Origin: Tubiluchus corallicola | Taxonomy: Eukaryota > Animalia > Priapulida | Direction of reading: 5' to 3' | NCBI GenBank assembly: GCA_030141605.1 | Contig: JAQGDQ010000480.1 | Span: forward strand, 107,586-171,585 | Length of the DNA stretch: 64,000 bases | Translations under genes and position numbers: made by a program | In this document: positions 35,566-49,300 of the stretch, piece by piece | Position numbering within the stretch: the stretch's first letter is position 1 | Layout: each line of letters opens with the position of its first letter | Notes under the pieces: generated by a model | What the model saw: the letters and a program-made list of their open reading frames with translations, nothing else | Told to the model about the DNA's origin: nothing | Databases searched by the model: none

Positions 35566-38099
35566 AGTTCTGTTTTCGATAGTAAATGTAACGTACCGTA
35601 ATCCTTACATTATTGACTCAGTAACTGGTGCAGCATCACTAAATAATGCTTACTAATGCCTGATATGTGTTTCATCCTTCTTAGCCACTATCTAAAACCT
35701 GCCATTAATCACTAAAATTCATTTGACAAAAAACTGCACTAGTTATCAATGGGAAACAGCTCAACATTTTACTAAATTGCACTTGCTTTAACCAAAAAAA
35801 TGAGTCTGCACATACTAAATGCTAATATCATTTTTCCTCGAAATCATAAAATCAAACCATAAGTCCAAAACTGAAAGTGTTGTAAGTTCTTGGAAATCTG
35901 TTCAAAATAGTCAATCGCTATTTTACTTGCATTGTACTCCCTGATGAAGCCTTATATTATGCCACTCTTTCTTCACTAATTTCCCTAAAAACTGTTAGTA
36001 CAGTTTGGTGTTTTTGTGACTGTAAATTTATTGAAATTTGGTGAAAATGAAAGACTAGCACATCTGCTTGTTGCCAAGTTTCAGACAACATCGAAAAACT
36101 TAGGTTTTTATATTTTGTCACTGTAAATATTGTAAAGACAGTGTTTTTCTTTTTTGGCCTAATGTTCATTTGCTCATGACAAGATTTATAAGTCATCTTT
36201 TATGTACTTACCTGTGAAATGTATGTCTCATTTTCTGCCTTAATCTAATTTAACAAAATCTGTATGCTTCAAAATTCAGTTCTACTTATTTCTAAAACTC
36301 GATAGTCCGTTGCATTCAGTGGGTGCATTGTTAGGGCATTTCTGCTGAACCATTGTCTTCCATGCTTTCAAACCGTTATGACATCCTTTAAGCAACATTA
36401 TGTCAACAAGGCACGTCTTCCGTTTCGTTCAAAATAGTTTGTCCCGTGACCACGTGAACGCACAAACCGTTCTGAAAATAGTTTGGCAAAAATGTTTAGT
36501 TATAATGTTGTGAAACCGCTTGCCATGTGACAATGGTATTAGATTATTTTATTCTTTTATTCATAAAGAAACATGATGTCACATGTCTAACGTTTTCAAG
36601 GCACTGATTTCTGATAGTTTCAAATTTATTGCCAGATACATAGTCCTTGATAGCCAAGATTTTGACAATTTACAGAAGTTGCTTGTAGAACTACTAAGGT
36701 TTTCTTTTGTGTTTGTCGTTTAACTGTTTTAAGTTAACTTTTACAGCAAAGATTATAGTCATCATATGTGTTGTTGTGGTTAGCATATATGTATAGATAT
36801 TATTATTATTATTATAGTACCTGTGATTTTCTAAGTCTACATTTAGCATGTCCTACATATGTTAAAATTGTTGTTTTTAGCAATCATGTTGATGTATGTA
36901 TGCAAATTACTATTATCATATTACTGATTGCTGATATAAAAATAGTGACATACTTATGTGCATTTGATGTATATATGTATATACATATATACTTGTACAC
37001 ATACAGGTTATATATACATAAACATTCAACATAATTATATAGTAATGTGATATGTCCATAAAGTTATTTGTGGACTGAGATCAGATGTTAGTTGTTGTGT
37101 TTGTTAGAAGAAAATATTGAAATATTGTAGTTATTTATGCATACATCGATACTAACCTATAATTTGGATGTGGACCATTCTTTATTCTCACACCAGAAAA
37201 CTTACTACTGTTATTATTATAGTGATATGCTACTCTACTTATAATTATCACACGTCCACTGTGAAGTAGGCGATGCATCTTAATGTAAATATTCAAACCA
37301 AATAAGTTTAAAATTTTATTTTAGATGACAAATATATTGTACTATTAGTCTGTTTTAAAATGAGTATATCTGGAATGTTTGTATCATATAAGTTTACATA
37401 CGAGCATAAATTTTTGGCATTTTTTCTTTATATTAGCACCAAATATACAGTATGTGATAAAAATTAAAGATTTTAATATTAGATTAGATTAGATCAGATG
37501 TATTATATACAATACCAATGTCTAATTGTACATACAGAACAATATATAACATACAAAGTTTATAAATCATCAGCACATAATGACACATCAAGTCAATTAA
37601 AATGATTGCATTTTATTTATTTTACCTTAGTGTAGGCAACTACATACACACTCAATGGTCAAAGGCCAATTTTTTCATCATGTACTCATTAGTGTAAATG
37701 GCACATCTAATTTGTCTATAATCTGCCTGAAAAATGAATGTTTCATGGAATGGAATGAGGAAGAAAAAGCAAAATGTACATGCAAGTTTATTTTAGAGAA
37801 ACTACATGACCAAGTATTTTACGAAGTTAAAGTTTGCTAGTTAGTTACTTAGATATAAAAAAATTGAGGGTTTTTATTATTCATCATATTAAAAGTTCAT
37901 TTAAATCATATTACTCCTAACCTAAAACCTTTACTGATAAAAACTTATTACACGACGAATGGCATCAGATTCCTGTAAAGTAGTAATACACTCAATGGAT
38001 TATTCTAGCTAGCCTAGATGCTTGCATAACCTAGCTTACATTACAGACTAAAAAATCTATACACACAAATAAACATTTCTCAAAACGGCAAATTTTATG

Positions 38100-38530
38100 C
38101 ATGTGCGGCCTGCAGAGGGCGCGCGAACGTTAACGTACTGTTACGTTTGTATTTTTCAGTATCGCATTAGCAGTACGTCCGCGGGACAGTTAATTGGTTG
38201 AGTAGAAACTAGAGAGTCAGATAAAAGAATCAAAAATATGCGTGGAAAAACTGACGCAGGTACTGCTTATCCGTGCAAGTCTTAGTAGGGAAGGTTGCTT
38301 TGCTGATTCGGCTAGGTAATAATTAACGTAAAGTATACCTTAGTTGCGCTCTTGTTTCATATTTCGCAAAGGATCGTGGTCTTGCACACCTGCCCAAGTT
38401 TTTCCCGTTGCGAACCGTGCGGCGCTAGTGTAGAGCTCACCTGTTGTGCGGCGGGGTTAGTTTGTGCGAGTGTGTTGCTGCATTTTAATGCGGATTTTAG
38501 TTATTAATCGCCGTATTGTTGTGAAATAAA
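38100..38530 (+). promoter_or_regulatory. CpG-rich promoter/5'UTR of the laminin gene with a CTCF-like motif
   Basis: Local CpG enrichment directly upstream of the ATG; CCTGCAGAGGGCGC at 38109..38122. Confidence 0.55.
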
Positions 38531-38624
38531 ATGTGCCGCACGTGGTTAACGTGCTTACTAGGATTACTGTTGTTGATTGTTAAAGAAAACTGCGCTCAAC
38601 AAGATGGATTAAACGGGAACGGAG
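38531..38624 (+). CDS. LAMA1/2: Laminin alpha exon 1 (signal peptide)
   Basis: MCRTWLTCLLGLLLLIVKENCAQQ...; donor GTGAGT phase 1 matches exon 2; CpG-rich upstream region. Confidence 0.85.
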
Positions 38625-41600
38625 GTGAGTTTTTAAACGCCGTGTCTAGTATTTTAGTTCTATACTTTACTAACCGAACACGACGTAGCATTATCGCTTA
38701 CTGCCACGTTTTTCGCAGAAAGTCCGAGTACGTACTACATGTACACGCTGTGAAGTATATTATGCATACTTAAGTGTACGAACTAGATGTTGATTGCACG
38801 TAAAATTGGTGTATTTTTAAATCAACTTCATAGTTAATAGTAAACTGATAGTATTTTTTATGAAATTCGATATTCATAAACTGATAGTATTTTTATGAAA
38901 TTCGATATTCATATTTTTTTCTTCGTTTTGCCAATAAAAAATAAGAGGTTTTTGCTTTTATCAGAATATAAATAATTGTAGGCTGTATGAAATGCACCTT
39001 TTTCAGAAGAACCGTATGTAAGCCTAGGTCTAAAGCAACTGCATTTTCCTTATCTGAATTATGAATGGGTTCAACTTAGATTGGAAAAAGTAATTTTTAA
39101 TCAGGGTCGCAAACTTGCTAGGCTTTTCTGTGCATTTCTTTTCTTTTCTGCTTAGAACTTTCGTGATTTAATTGATTAACGCATAACCTCTTAAACTTAG
39201 GACAAAAAACGTCTGAACATTGCTCAGTAATTATGATGATTAAGGCAAAAATGGCACAGCACATAAATTAATTTATATTTTCTTTGAACAGCTCTTTTGC
39301 CACCTATCTGAGTGTATTTTTTCTTGTATTTCTTTCTTTGAACAGCTCTTTTGCTATCCTTCTTAGAGTATTTTTTCTTGTACGTATTTTTGTTCCGATC
39401 TGATTACACAAATATATTTTTGACAATTGAATTTTATTAGAGCATCAGTTATTGATAGTTTTTGATACATTCAGGCTGCTTTGCAGTCATGGTTTTCATA
39501 GTGTATTATTCTGTATCTATGTAACTACGGTATTGAAAAAGTAATTTAAGCTAGCTGCTGGTACTAAATTAGTTAAGTTGAGCATTAGTTTGCAGTAATA
39601 ATTCGGAGGCCTAAATTTCTTGTAAAACAAAGAATTTCGGATATGTATGAAGGATTTGTAGATGGGAAAAGGGAATTTCTTGCACCGATTAGTTTAAGTT
39701 GTTAGTCTTCGCATTAATGTTTGGTCCTGGCAAATGCTCATTCTGTACTTGGTGCTTTTTACTACTGTACTAGTATTTTTTATCAACTTCAATGGTTTTC
39801 CGCCTTTTAGCATCCATAACCACCTAGATGTTCATTCAACGCACTAGACCTATTTAGTTTATTGGTCGCAGGGCTGTTCGCTGGAATTCTTCTGATCGTC
39901 CCTTGCCAATCTATCACTGAATGAACTTGCTATATGCACATGTAAATCAATACACTGTCTGTGGAAATGCTGCAGTCCAATATACCAAATTTGCAGCCAT
40001 TTCTTAGTGTTGCTGGTAGGACGATTGATCGATCGTTGGATGGATGGCACTCGAAAAAGCTGCCCAGAAATTGGCAAGTTTACCAGCCTAGAACAGAGCA
40101 CTTTGAAACTGAATTCCACTGATGTGTTATTTTGCGAGTGCTTGCCCATTAGAAGTAATATGTTTAAGCACGATTCTGTAGTTCCAAAATTACATGCTCG
40201 TTCCTAGATTTAGCAGTAATTATTAATAATAACTGGACATTCCGTTTCGACTATATGCAGAGTCTAAATTTCAGAAAGCTTCCTAATGAGTTGTCATTAT
40301 GTAGAGAGCCTATTGTGTGAATGTGGAACTGACGTTCAAACCCCAGACCACCTATTGTATAGATACTCTTTTATAAATGCAGAGCTGCTCTGCACTCACT
40401 GTTGATGGAACAACTCGGAGGAAGAAGTTTGATAAACATATTAGTAAAAATGACAGAAACATAATTAAACCTTTTACTACCGTAATACGAGACCGATTTG
40501 TTATGCATACTTGTATAACCTAATGTATATAAAGTAATATGCATTATAATTATTTTAAGATTTCTAAATATAATTATAATACTAAAATATAAAACATGAA
40601 CTATAAAATATGAGAGCTGAACTATATACGTACATAAAAATTAAAAGATTGTGCTTATGTGTTTTGCTATAATTGGAAAATGCTATCATGTCACTTAATT
40701 AACTGAGATAACAGTTATTAATCAAGTTAAACTGCACGCCTGCAAATAGAGGCACTTCTGTAAATATTTATTTATTTTTAATAGAAGTTTTATCCTCCTC
40801 ATCATCACCATCTTAATGAGTAGGCCTACTTCAGTGAATTTCTATTTAATGTTACATTACATGAAACATCTAGCTACCTCTCTGCCTTCATTAAAAGTTT
40901 TAAAACTACAGTAGGAAATTGAGAAATTATTGTTGACCGTAATATGCACGTTTTACATGCACTACCACAATAATTCTTTACATTTTTTGTTACAGTGAGT
41001 TCTCCAAACGTTATCTTTTAAGAATTCTTATAAATGTAATTTCATGATCTTTTGTGTAAAATCGTTTTATTCAATGAATAATTTAATAGCAATCGTCTGC
41101 ACGCTTTTCGGACGATGCTCCTCAAGATCATCATCCTTTTGAATATTGCTTACTGACAGTTTTCGTAACTAAAGCAACGATAAAAGACAAGCTAAGTGGC
41201 CTATTATCAGTCTTAAAGCTGACAATGCTAAACTTTATCTTCATTTATCTTCAATTCACCCTCCGCAAGTGTTAATGAAATGATAATATTAAAGGAAGAT
41301 CACACCAAGTTAATGAAAAAAATGAAGCGTTTACAAACTTAATCCGATTGAGAGGGTTAAAAGCTTAAAAAACCCAGAATCTCAGAACCGTACGTTTACT
41401 ATGAAGCTTTAGGCAGTTATAAACCATGTAAAGCTCTTGTACAAACAGTTATGCCTCGTAAAAAGGCTGCAGTGGGTAAACATCCCTGACAAAATTACCC
41501 ACAATTTATCCCTGATTGTTTACTCTTTCTTCACTCACACGGGCTGGTTAGATGCCAGACAGGTAATAGATTGTTTAATTAAATGAACTAGCATAGAGGA

Positions 41601-43307
41601 TATGATCCTACAACTAATTTTTAGTCTTCCAAGAAGACCGGGTGCCTTTCGTTTCTTCCAGCGGTCAGAACGCCCAAAAGTCGGAAATGACGCCAGTCAC
41701 ACGTGAGCCATGTTATCTATTATTTTAGACATGAGTAAACCACTTTGGAAAAGACATAATGAACTGATAAACACCTCGTGGATTTGGATCTAAATTCATT
41801 CAATCTTCTCTTCGTAAGTGACGTAAGTTCCCTAGATATATACGTGGATGCCTTTGTGTATTAAGTCTCAGGCAAGTCTCATATAACTAATACGTTTAAT
41901 TAGAAGTTAACTAGCTAAAAGATGCCAAATTTTCCAGTGGTCCGTTGCTACGACATATTATACGTCCCTCAGTAAACAGAGTTGCTGCATAGAACAGACT
42001 GCAGCCTGTGGTATTTACAACTATTATATTGTTCTGTAAAGTTGATTACCCTTACTGCTTGCCTGTGGGTTAATTAACAGAACAAAGGGATTATCAGCTG
42101 GCCGTGTTGTCACGTGACTCATTAGCTATCAGTATTAAGTATTATTCTAGTTCATATAGGATTGCATCTTTGTATGTACTGTATAATTATATATGTTCAC
42201 TGTACATACGTACACTATTGTACAGGAAAAGTTTTTTTTGATTCGGAATTTGGAAATCTCAGTTTCAGCCGGAATAAAGTCTTTTAGTAACAGTCTTTGG
42301 CGATACCGAAGTTTTTGAACCTATTTCTATAAAAATATAGTTTACTAACTGCTAATAAAATATTAGTCTTATCATGCATATAATACACGTTGCTCTGTCT
42401 TGTCCGAAATGCTTGTTTGAAGCAGAGATGTCTTTCATAACGGCATTAGAATTGGGTCTGTTCGTGGTAACCAAACTTTTCCTCAGCTGTTAAGATAACT
42501 AAATAACTACTTTGTAAGCGGAAAGCTGCGGTTCGAGTCGTGATTGAGGAATATCTTTTACACTCTGGCCTAGGCCTAGAAGCTATTACACACACTGCAG
42601 TTAGATCAATGCTCATCTTTTAGCATGGGACATTGTAGTAAACAACCAGAATTAATTTGGTGACTGAAACGGCGATTGAACTTAACGATCACTTATTCAT
42701 TTACTGATCAACCTCACTGTTCCTTAACCTCGGCATCTGAACAGCAAAAACACATATCATGACAACTTGGTTACTCGCGGGCGCTAGACCACGTATAATA
42801 TGTAGGCCCAAAGTTGTTTTTCTTACACAGGTATTAGACAAATATACTGTAGTTGATTAATACAAAATAGACGATGTGAAAATCAATAAGAGAATTGAAT
42901 GCAATTATGAAAGATGGAAGAGTTGGATTGTCAGCACAATTCAAACCCTGAAAACGCAAATTCTTTTGCAGCACTCAAATGGCAAATTGTAATTTGTGTA
43001 ATCACTAATTTCTAAACTGTGTCGGTGTCACTTTACGTATTTTCGACTGTGTTGCTCCATTTGAACTCGCACTTAATACCTTCAACTGAGCTGCCGCTAA
43101 TCCGGACCTTTGGACAATGGTCATTGTGGTCACTTTTGCAAATTACAAAGTGCTCATTCAGGCAAGCATTGCCTATTTGTAACTTGACAAGAACCACTAT
43201 TATTATGAAGATTCTGCTGGGCAGCCCTCCAGCTGCTCTGTTGTATCTCTCTCTTTCCCGCAACTCCCCTTTTTTCCACTCTACCTCCCATCCTTTTTCT
43301 TCGGCTT

Positions 43308-43345
<38 letters not shown>

Positions 43346-43347
43346 CC

Positions 43348-43397
<50 letters not shown>

Positions 43398-46300
43398 CCT
43401 CCCTCCCTCTCTCTCTCTCTCAAGCATTTCCAGTGTGATTATAATTCCTTACTCTGCTTTCATTGATTAAACAGTGTAGTATGTGAACAAATGTGCTATA
43501 AACGTTGAACCTAATTTACGTACTTGCTTTCTCAAATTACAATATAGGGTTTAGTGATTACTCAAGTCAGTCAGGTGTGTTCCCCTAGGTGGGAAATACA
43601 TATTTATTTACTATTTAGAAGCATACATATTTACTAGTAAGAAACGCTAAAAGCAGTACAGGTACTGGTTTTACAAATGCAAGAAGTTTATAAATGTCAA
43701 ACTGACACACTGGATTTGAAGGCCCAGGTCGGCGTGGTCTTTCTGGTTCAGACGTTCATTATTTCGCAGGTCCAAGTTTTTACTGCGAAAGTATAGTAGA
43801 CTATGCATGCGCAAGGATTTGGAATTCTAGCAAGGGGTGGCTAAAATTTTAGCTCGATGTTAACTTTGTCGTAAAAAAGGATTTCTGTAAGCATAACCTT
43901 TCTTTTGATGTCGTACTTTGGAATATGGAAACTTGGAATTATAGTAAAATCGTTCATTTGTTCGTCTATTTCGATTAGACATATGTTAGGTGTGCCCTGT
44001 TTGAGAATGGCAAAAACTTCCCTTGTGACTGAATTTAATGATACATAAGCAAGTTGATTTTAAACTAGCAAATCTTGCTTGCTAACTGCGATTTTTTTTG
44101 TTTTCAGCTTTTACTAATGGCTGTCTTTATGCTCTTGGTTTAATAGGCAGTATCTAATCTCACATTAATTTGTAGGTCTTTATAACGCTTGTATTACATG
44201 TCCTCTAAAACTTTGGTTTACAAAAATTTTAATTGTACATTCATTTTGCTTATTAGTTGAGTAAAATATATCAAAAACGAGAACAGAGTAAAATGTAAAT
44301 CGCTCTAAATTGAGTTCCGAACTGTAAACTACGAGCATGAACAGTGGTGAAAAAACTCGCATCTGCCAGGCTTTGAACCCAGAGCCCTGCATTTATTTAC
44401 CCTCCGTTATTTTTATCAGACGTTAAGTAGTAGTATGTCAGATATTTATAGGGTCACACTTAATAATATTACATAATTATGTGTTTAATTATGTTTCAAA
44501 TTCTTGTTTTATTTATATAAAGCGTAAATTGCACTTTGATAAGGTTTGCTGAAGTGTTAAAGTAGTTTGTAATACTGGGTATCTACAGAACAATTAGCAT
44601 AAGTTATTTCGTGGGCTATAATAGAATGTGAAACCCTTTTACCAAGAGTAGTATGGATTATTTTGCTTTACAGTATAATTATAATACTAGAAGGCTCTAG
44701 ACAGCATTCTGTATGTATTCTCCTGCCAATAACTGACATTCTCTGTAGTAAGTTACCGTATTCATCTTTTATTGGTTTTATGTTGATTGATTAATCAATA
44801 GTTGGTATATTTAGACAGACACTTCTGCCTTGCCAGCCATTAAATTGATCAATTGTGAAAATTGGTGGCGATTAGGGAGCTAGAAGACTATAATATTGAG
44901 ATGTTCCAATTTTAGATGTTCATAGTTTATGGGTCAATTTATGTGGTCATAGTTAGACCAAAAAAGGTGCCTCGACGAAATTGGTCAAGATTTGATGACT
45001 TACTTCAAAGAATTTTTGCTCTTTTAAATTAAACAAGAGTGCGGCATTTGACAAGGACCTCCCGTCCGGGTGAAATTCTAGTTCATTGATGATACAGCGT
45101 CTTGAACTACAAACTGACTGCGTTTTTCTACTTGGCCTTACACCACCTCATCTGTCTTGTTTGATTCACCAAGATAAAAATTGTCTCCGCATCTATGAAA
45201 TTTTACCGCGTTCAAAAAATATAACCCGGGTTCTATAGGGGGCGCTAGTAATTGTAAGACATTTCTCGTATCTACAATGCCCCTCGGGATTCCCGGCCTT
45301 CTTTCCACGTCTATAAGTCGAACAATCTAATTCGACTTGGTCTGTTGTTGGATCTATTATTTGCACACGAATTTTATATAATTATGAATGATATGAATTT
45401 ATATGGAAACTTAGTTCCCCAAAAGTCACGTGGTTCTGGTGTCACGTCAAGGAAATTTTAATGTTCTTCGTAAAATCTTTTTTATCTGTAGTGCGTCTAG
45501 ACTTCCGATAGTTAGGGAAAGTTGCGCGGTTATAAAAGGAAAAGGATACTATATATATATATGTATATGTATACATACATACGTGTGTGTGTGCGTGCGT
45601 GCGTGCGTGCGTGCGTGTGTAACATCTTATATAAATGTACTAACAGGATCACTAAACTATGGTATATAATGTAGCAAACAGGTGACATTTCATCACATGT
45701 AGTTGGCACTCATCTATTGTTAAGTTGTTGGTATATTATACAAACAGTTTTGATAGGGTTAATTTTTAATAGTACTGGGTTTTGCATATTGAAATACTTG
45801 TGTTCTTTTCTCAGTAACCCGCACCTGATAAGCGCTGAAATTAATTGTACTCGTTAATGCAATAGAAAACATGTTTAGTATGATAACAATATAAATATTA
45901 TAATGCATATAGTACATAATACAATTTATTTTATCTGTAATAAAACTATATGTCACAATATCATTTTATGTAACATTTTTGTTATTATGATTTTTTCCCT
46001 TGTTACGACAGTATATAAGTATGTAATACCTTTCTTGAAGTAATGAATTTTTGGGTATGATTTTGAGGGAACTGAATTTCATGGAAGACTTACCACACTT
46101 CTCCAGTGAATTGAACGTTTGTTGCCAATGCATATAGGAGATAAATAAATTTGTGTGTTGGGTAATGCCAATGCGATATTTATGCAGGAAAATCTGAAAA
46201 ATGAAACATTTTCTTTTCCCGCGAGTTCATCTCACCCGCTGGCGTGTTTTAGTAGGCTGCAGCAATTTGCCAAAATGTTGATAAACAGTGCCGTTGAGAA

Positions 46301-49300
46301 ATTTGCTTCATAATTTCCTAATGTAAATTCGCACAGTGTGCAATTTGGTTAAATCGGTTGTAAAACTGCACGTTTCGAGCATAGCTACGTTGTTGATAAT
46401 GTTACCACATGTGAGAGATGTCCTGCCGGGCCGCAAGGGCTCATTACCCAACTCCTGTTACCATGGGGCAGATAACTTAATGTGAAACAGAACTTGCAGT
46501 GGCTTCAGCAATGGGCTTCTCTTCCTGGTATAAAATTTATTGCTTGATAAGGCTGCTTTCCTTGGCTAAATTGGTCTGTAATCTAAGTCTGTGGGCATGC
46601 GTTTAGTACGTGAGTTTTTGCAGACGATTGCTCGCTTGTACAACTGTCAACCTATCAACTATTCAACGCTGTAGAAGCAAAAAAAGCTATTAATACAGGT
46701 TCAGAAAGATAGTTGCCAGTGTTGTAGAGATACAGGTAGTTCTATTTCTTATGTGGGTTGTATTTTGTTGGTATGGTAGCAATTTTCTAACAACGAATTT
46801 CACAAATAAGAGAGAGACGGTGAAGCAAGTGAACTTGCATAATTATAGTTCGAAAGAGTGTAGCCAAGTAATATAGCTAATACTCGCGGATTTGGACCTG
46901 AATTTATTCACAGTCTTGTTTTAATATAAAGCTGTTGAACTGCTTCGCGATTAAACCTTTGCATGGAATTGTCTTAGACAACAAACTGTATTATTTTGTT
47001 TAATTTCTGCGAAGTTTTTTTTACGTTTAAACTCTAGTCATGCATTTTGAGTTTGATAAAAATTGGGTCTTTTTCTGTGGAAGAAATTTAGCAGAATTAT
47101 GGCAGCCTGTCGCGTTACAACTCTGTGCCATGCCATTTGACAAAGTTCAGTCTTTTTTGGCGGAACAAATTTTTTAACAACTAGTTGGGAAGCTTGTCGT
47201 CGATTTTATGAGCTGTAACGCACGGGGCGGTCCATCCGTTTGGCGTAACTCAACCCTTTTCCTACCAGCAGCTTGTCTTTGTAACTTTGCATTGAAACGC
47301 TTGTAACAGTTGGCGCACTTTCTCGATGGCTTTTAAAACGACTTGAATGTTGTTTGGGTTTCGTCTACCTGCTGAGAAGGATCTTTGCTCTGATTGACCC
47401 CGCCGGGCCTGCTGTAAATATTCTTAACGAGATATGTAACGCTGGTGTATTGCGCAGACGAATTACTTTGATAGTTGATTCCTACCACTGGGTGAGCGAG
47501 GAATGAAAATAGGCTGTAATAGCCTTCTATTATCCAGGGTGGAATTGCTTGCAAATTCAAGCACATAACAACGCTTTGTAAAACACAATGTAGTACATGC
47601 ACTTGAAACCCTGAAAAACGTGGCATGAAAGTGCTGCAAATTTTGAATGGTTGAATGTATTTTTGCGTAACAGTCTGAAATGGCTTTATGCACTGACTCA
47701 CTTGCACCTGCACTGTGGAGAGACTTGTATCAGTCATAACTGTTTTGTATATATAAGTCCATTATGGGGCAATTAAACTGGCTGAGTGGTTATGTTTTAA
47801 TGACTGTGCCTGGTTAGTAAGTGGATAGGCGACCACGAGCAATAGCCATCTGCTAATTTCCTCGTTGATAATGTTGCAAAGATATTCTCATGGCAGAGTA
47901 TTTCAATTTACATTATTGTTCTTCTTAGTTAGCTAGATTACAGTCCCGCCACATCGTCTACAATTGGATTGAGCTCTGCATTCCGGTTTGTGGCGTGCCA
48001 AACTATAAAAAACTGGTGAAACAGCCAAATTAAAATCGTGAAATGGGCTAATTAGATGTGTTTGCAAGATTCATAAAGATTCAGCGCCTTGGTCAATCAA
48101 AATAGTTAATTTCCTTAAAGATGAACAAAACCCAGTTTTAAATTAAATTATGTAGGTCAAAATAATTTTATGTGTAAAGGCTCCCTAATCGCCACCAATT
48201 TTCACAATTGATCAATTTAATGGCTGGCAAGGCAGAAGTGTCTGTCTAAATATACCAACTATTGATTAATCAATCAACATAAAACCAATAAAAGATGAAT
48301 ACGGTAACTTACTACAGAGAATGTCAGTTATTGGCAGGAGAATATATACAAAAAACTTGAAACTTGAAAAAGAACTTAATTGTTTTCAAAGAGTGACCTA
48401 CGTGAAAGAATTATTACCACAGAAGTTTAATTTTACGTTCGCAAATTGTTGCCTGCATTTCGCTATTCGCTAGTTAGATGGACGCAGCGCCTTCACCTCG
48501 AAAACTCGCTGCACAAAAAACTAGCGCTGTACTGTTTAATTCAATTTTGGCATATTACATACATTTATGATGAAATCGCGTGTAAGATTCGAAGTTAAGT
48601 TTTTAAACATAAATTTTTCCAGTTTTTGTGTACTGCAGTCGATGTTGTACCGTTACTGTACTTCAGTTTTCGCTTTCGCAAACACGTGCAATATGCTCAT
48701 TAGATGTTTGTACTGTTAAATTATGTTCACTTCTGACGTTATCGCTTGCTGCCCTCGCCGACCGTTATTTAAGTTTTTAAACTTTTGTTTAATTATCTGA
48801 AACATTTTGGAATAATTATAAGTGTTAAAATGTATACTGTTTACCATATTTAAAAAAAATAGGATATGAAAAATCATCCTGTTTTCCTTTAATAGTTTTA
48901 AACCCATTTTCTGTTTCTTAGCCCGCAACTTGACTGAAACTGTTTCTTAGCGCGCAGCTTGACTGAAACTAAGTTACAAATGCAACTATGAACTGACTGG
49001 TTCATACTATAATTTATTTGCACAGCTTCTATAATATCATTAATATCAGGCGCCTTGAGGCTGTAGTTGTAACACGTTAATGTTAAAGTCTTTGTGTCTG
49101 TTACAGACAGCCTGTAGGGAGACAAATTATTCACCTTACCTGGTTTACCTTTCCAATACAACATTGTATCCAAACATGTTTGCAGACGTCAAGTCAACAC
49201 TGTGTGAATTTCAACCAACCCTTTTGTTAATTTGGTGTTTTTCTAACCCGGTTTATATGAAAACTAAATTGACTCTGTGGTTGCTGAAATGGAATTCAAA

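Noticed and set aside
42480-42550. tRNA gene (GGTTCGAGTC B-box); similar boxes near 29880, 44370 and 51610
   Set aside because: No cloverleaf can be folded; probably decayed tRNA-derived SINE heads.
43019-43438. ORFs with LSLS/ERER repeats (also 23806..24004 and 60072..60426)
   Set aside because: Translations of (CT)n microsatellites.
47333-47737. 134-aa ORF between the inverted repeat arms as a possible transposase or cargo gene
   Set aside because: No recognisable motif, composition like non-coding DNA.
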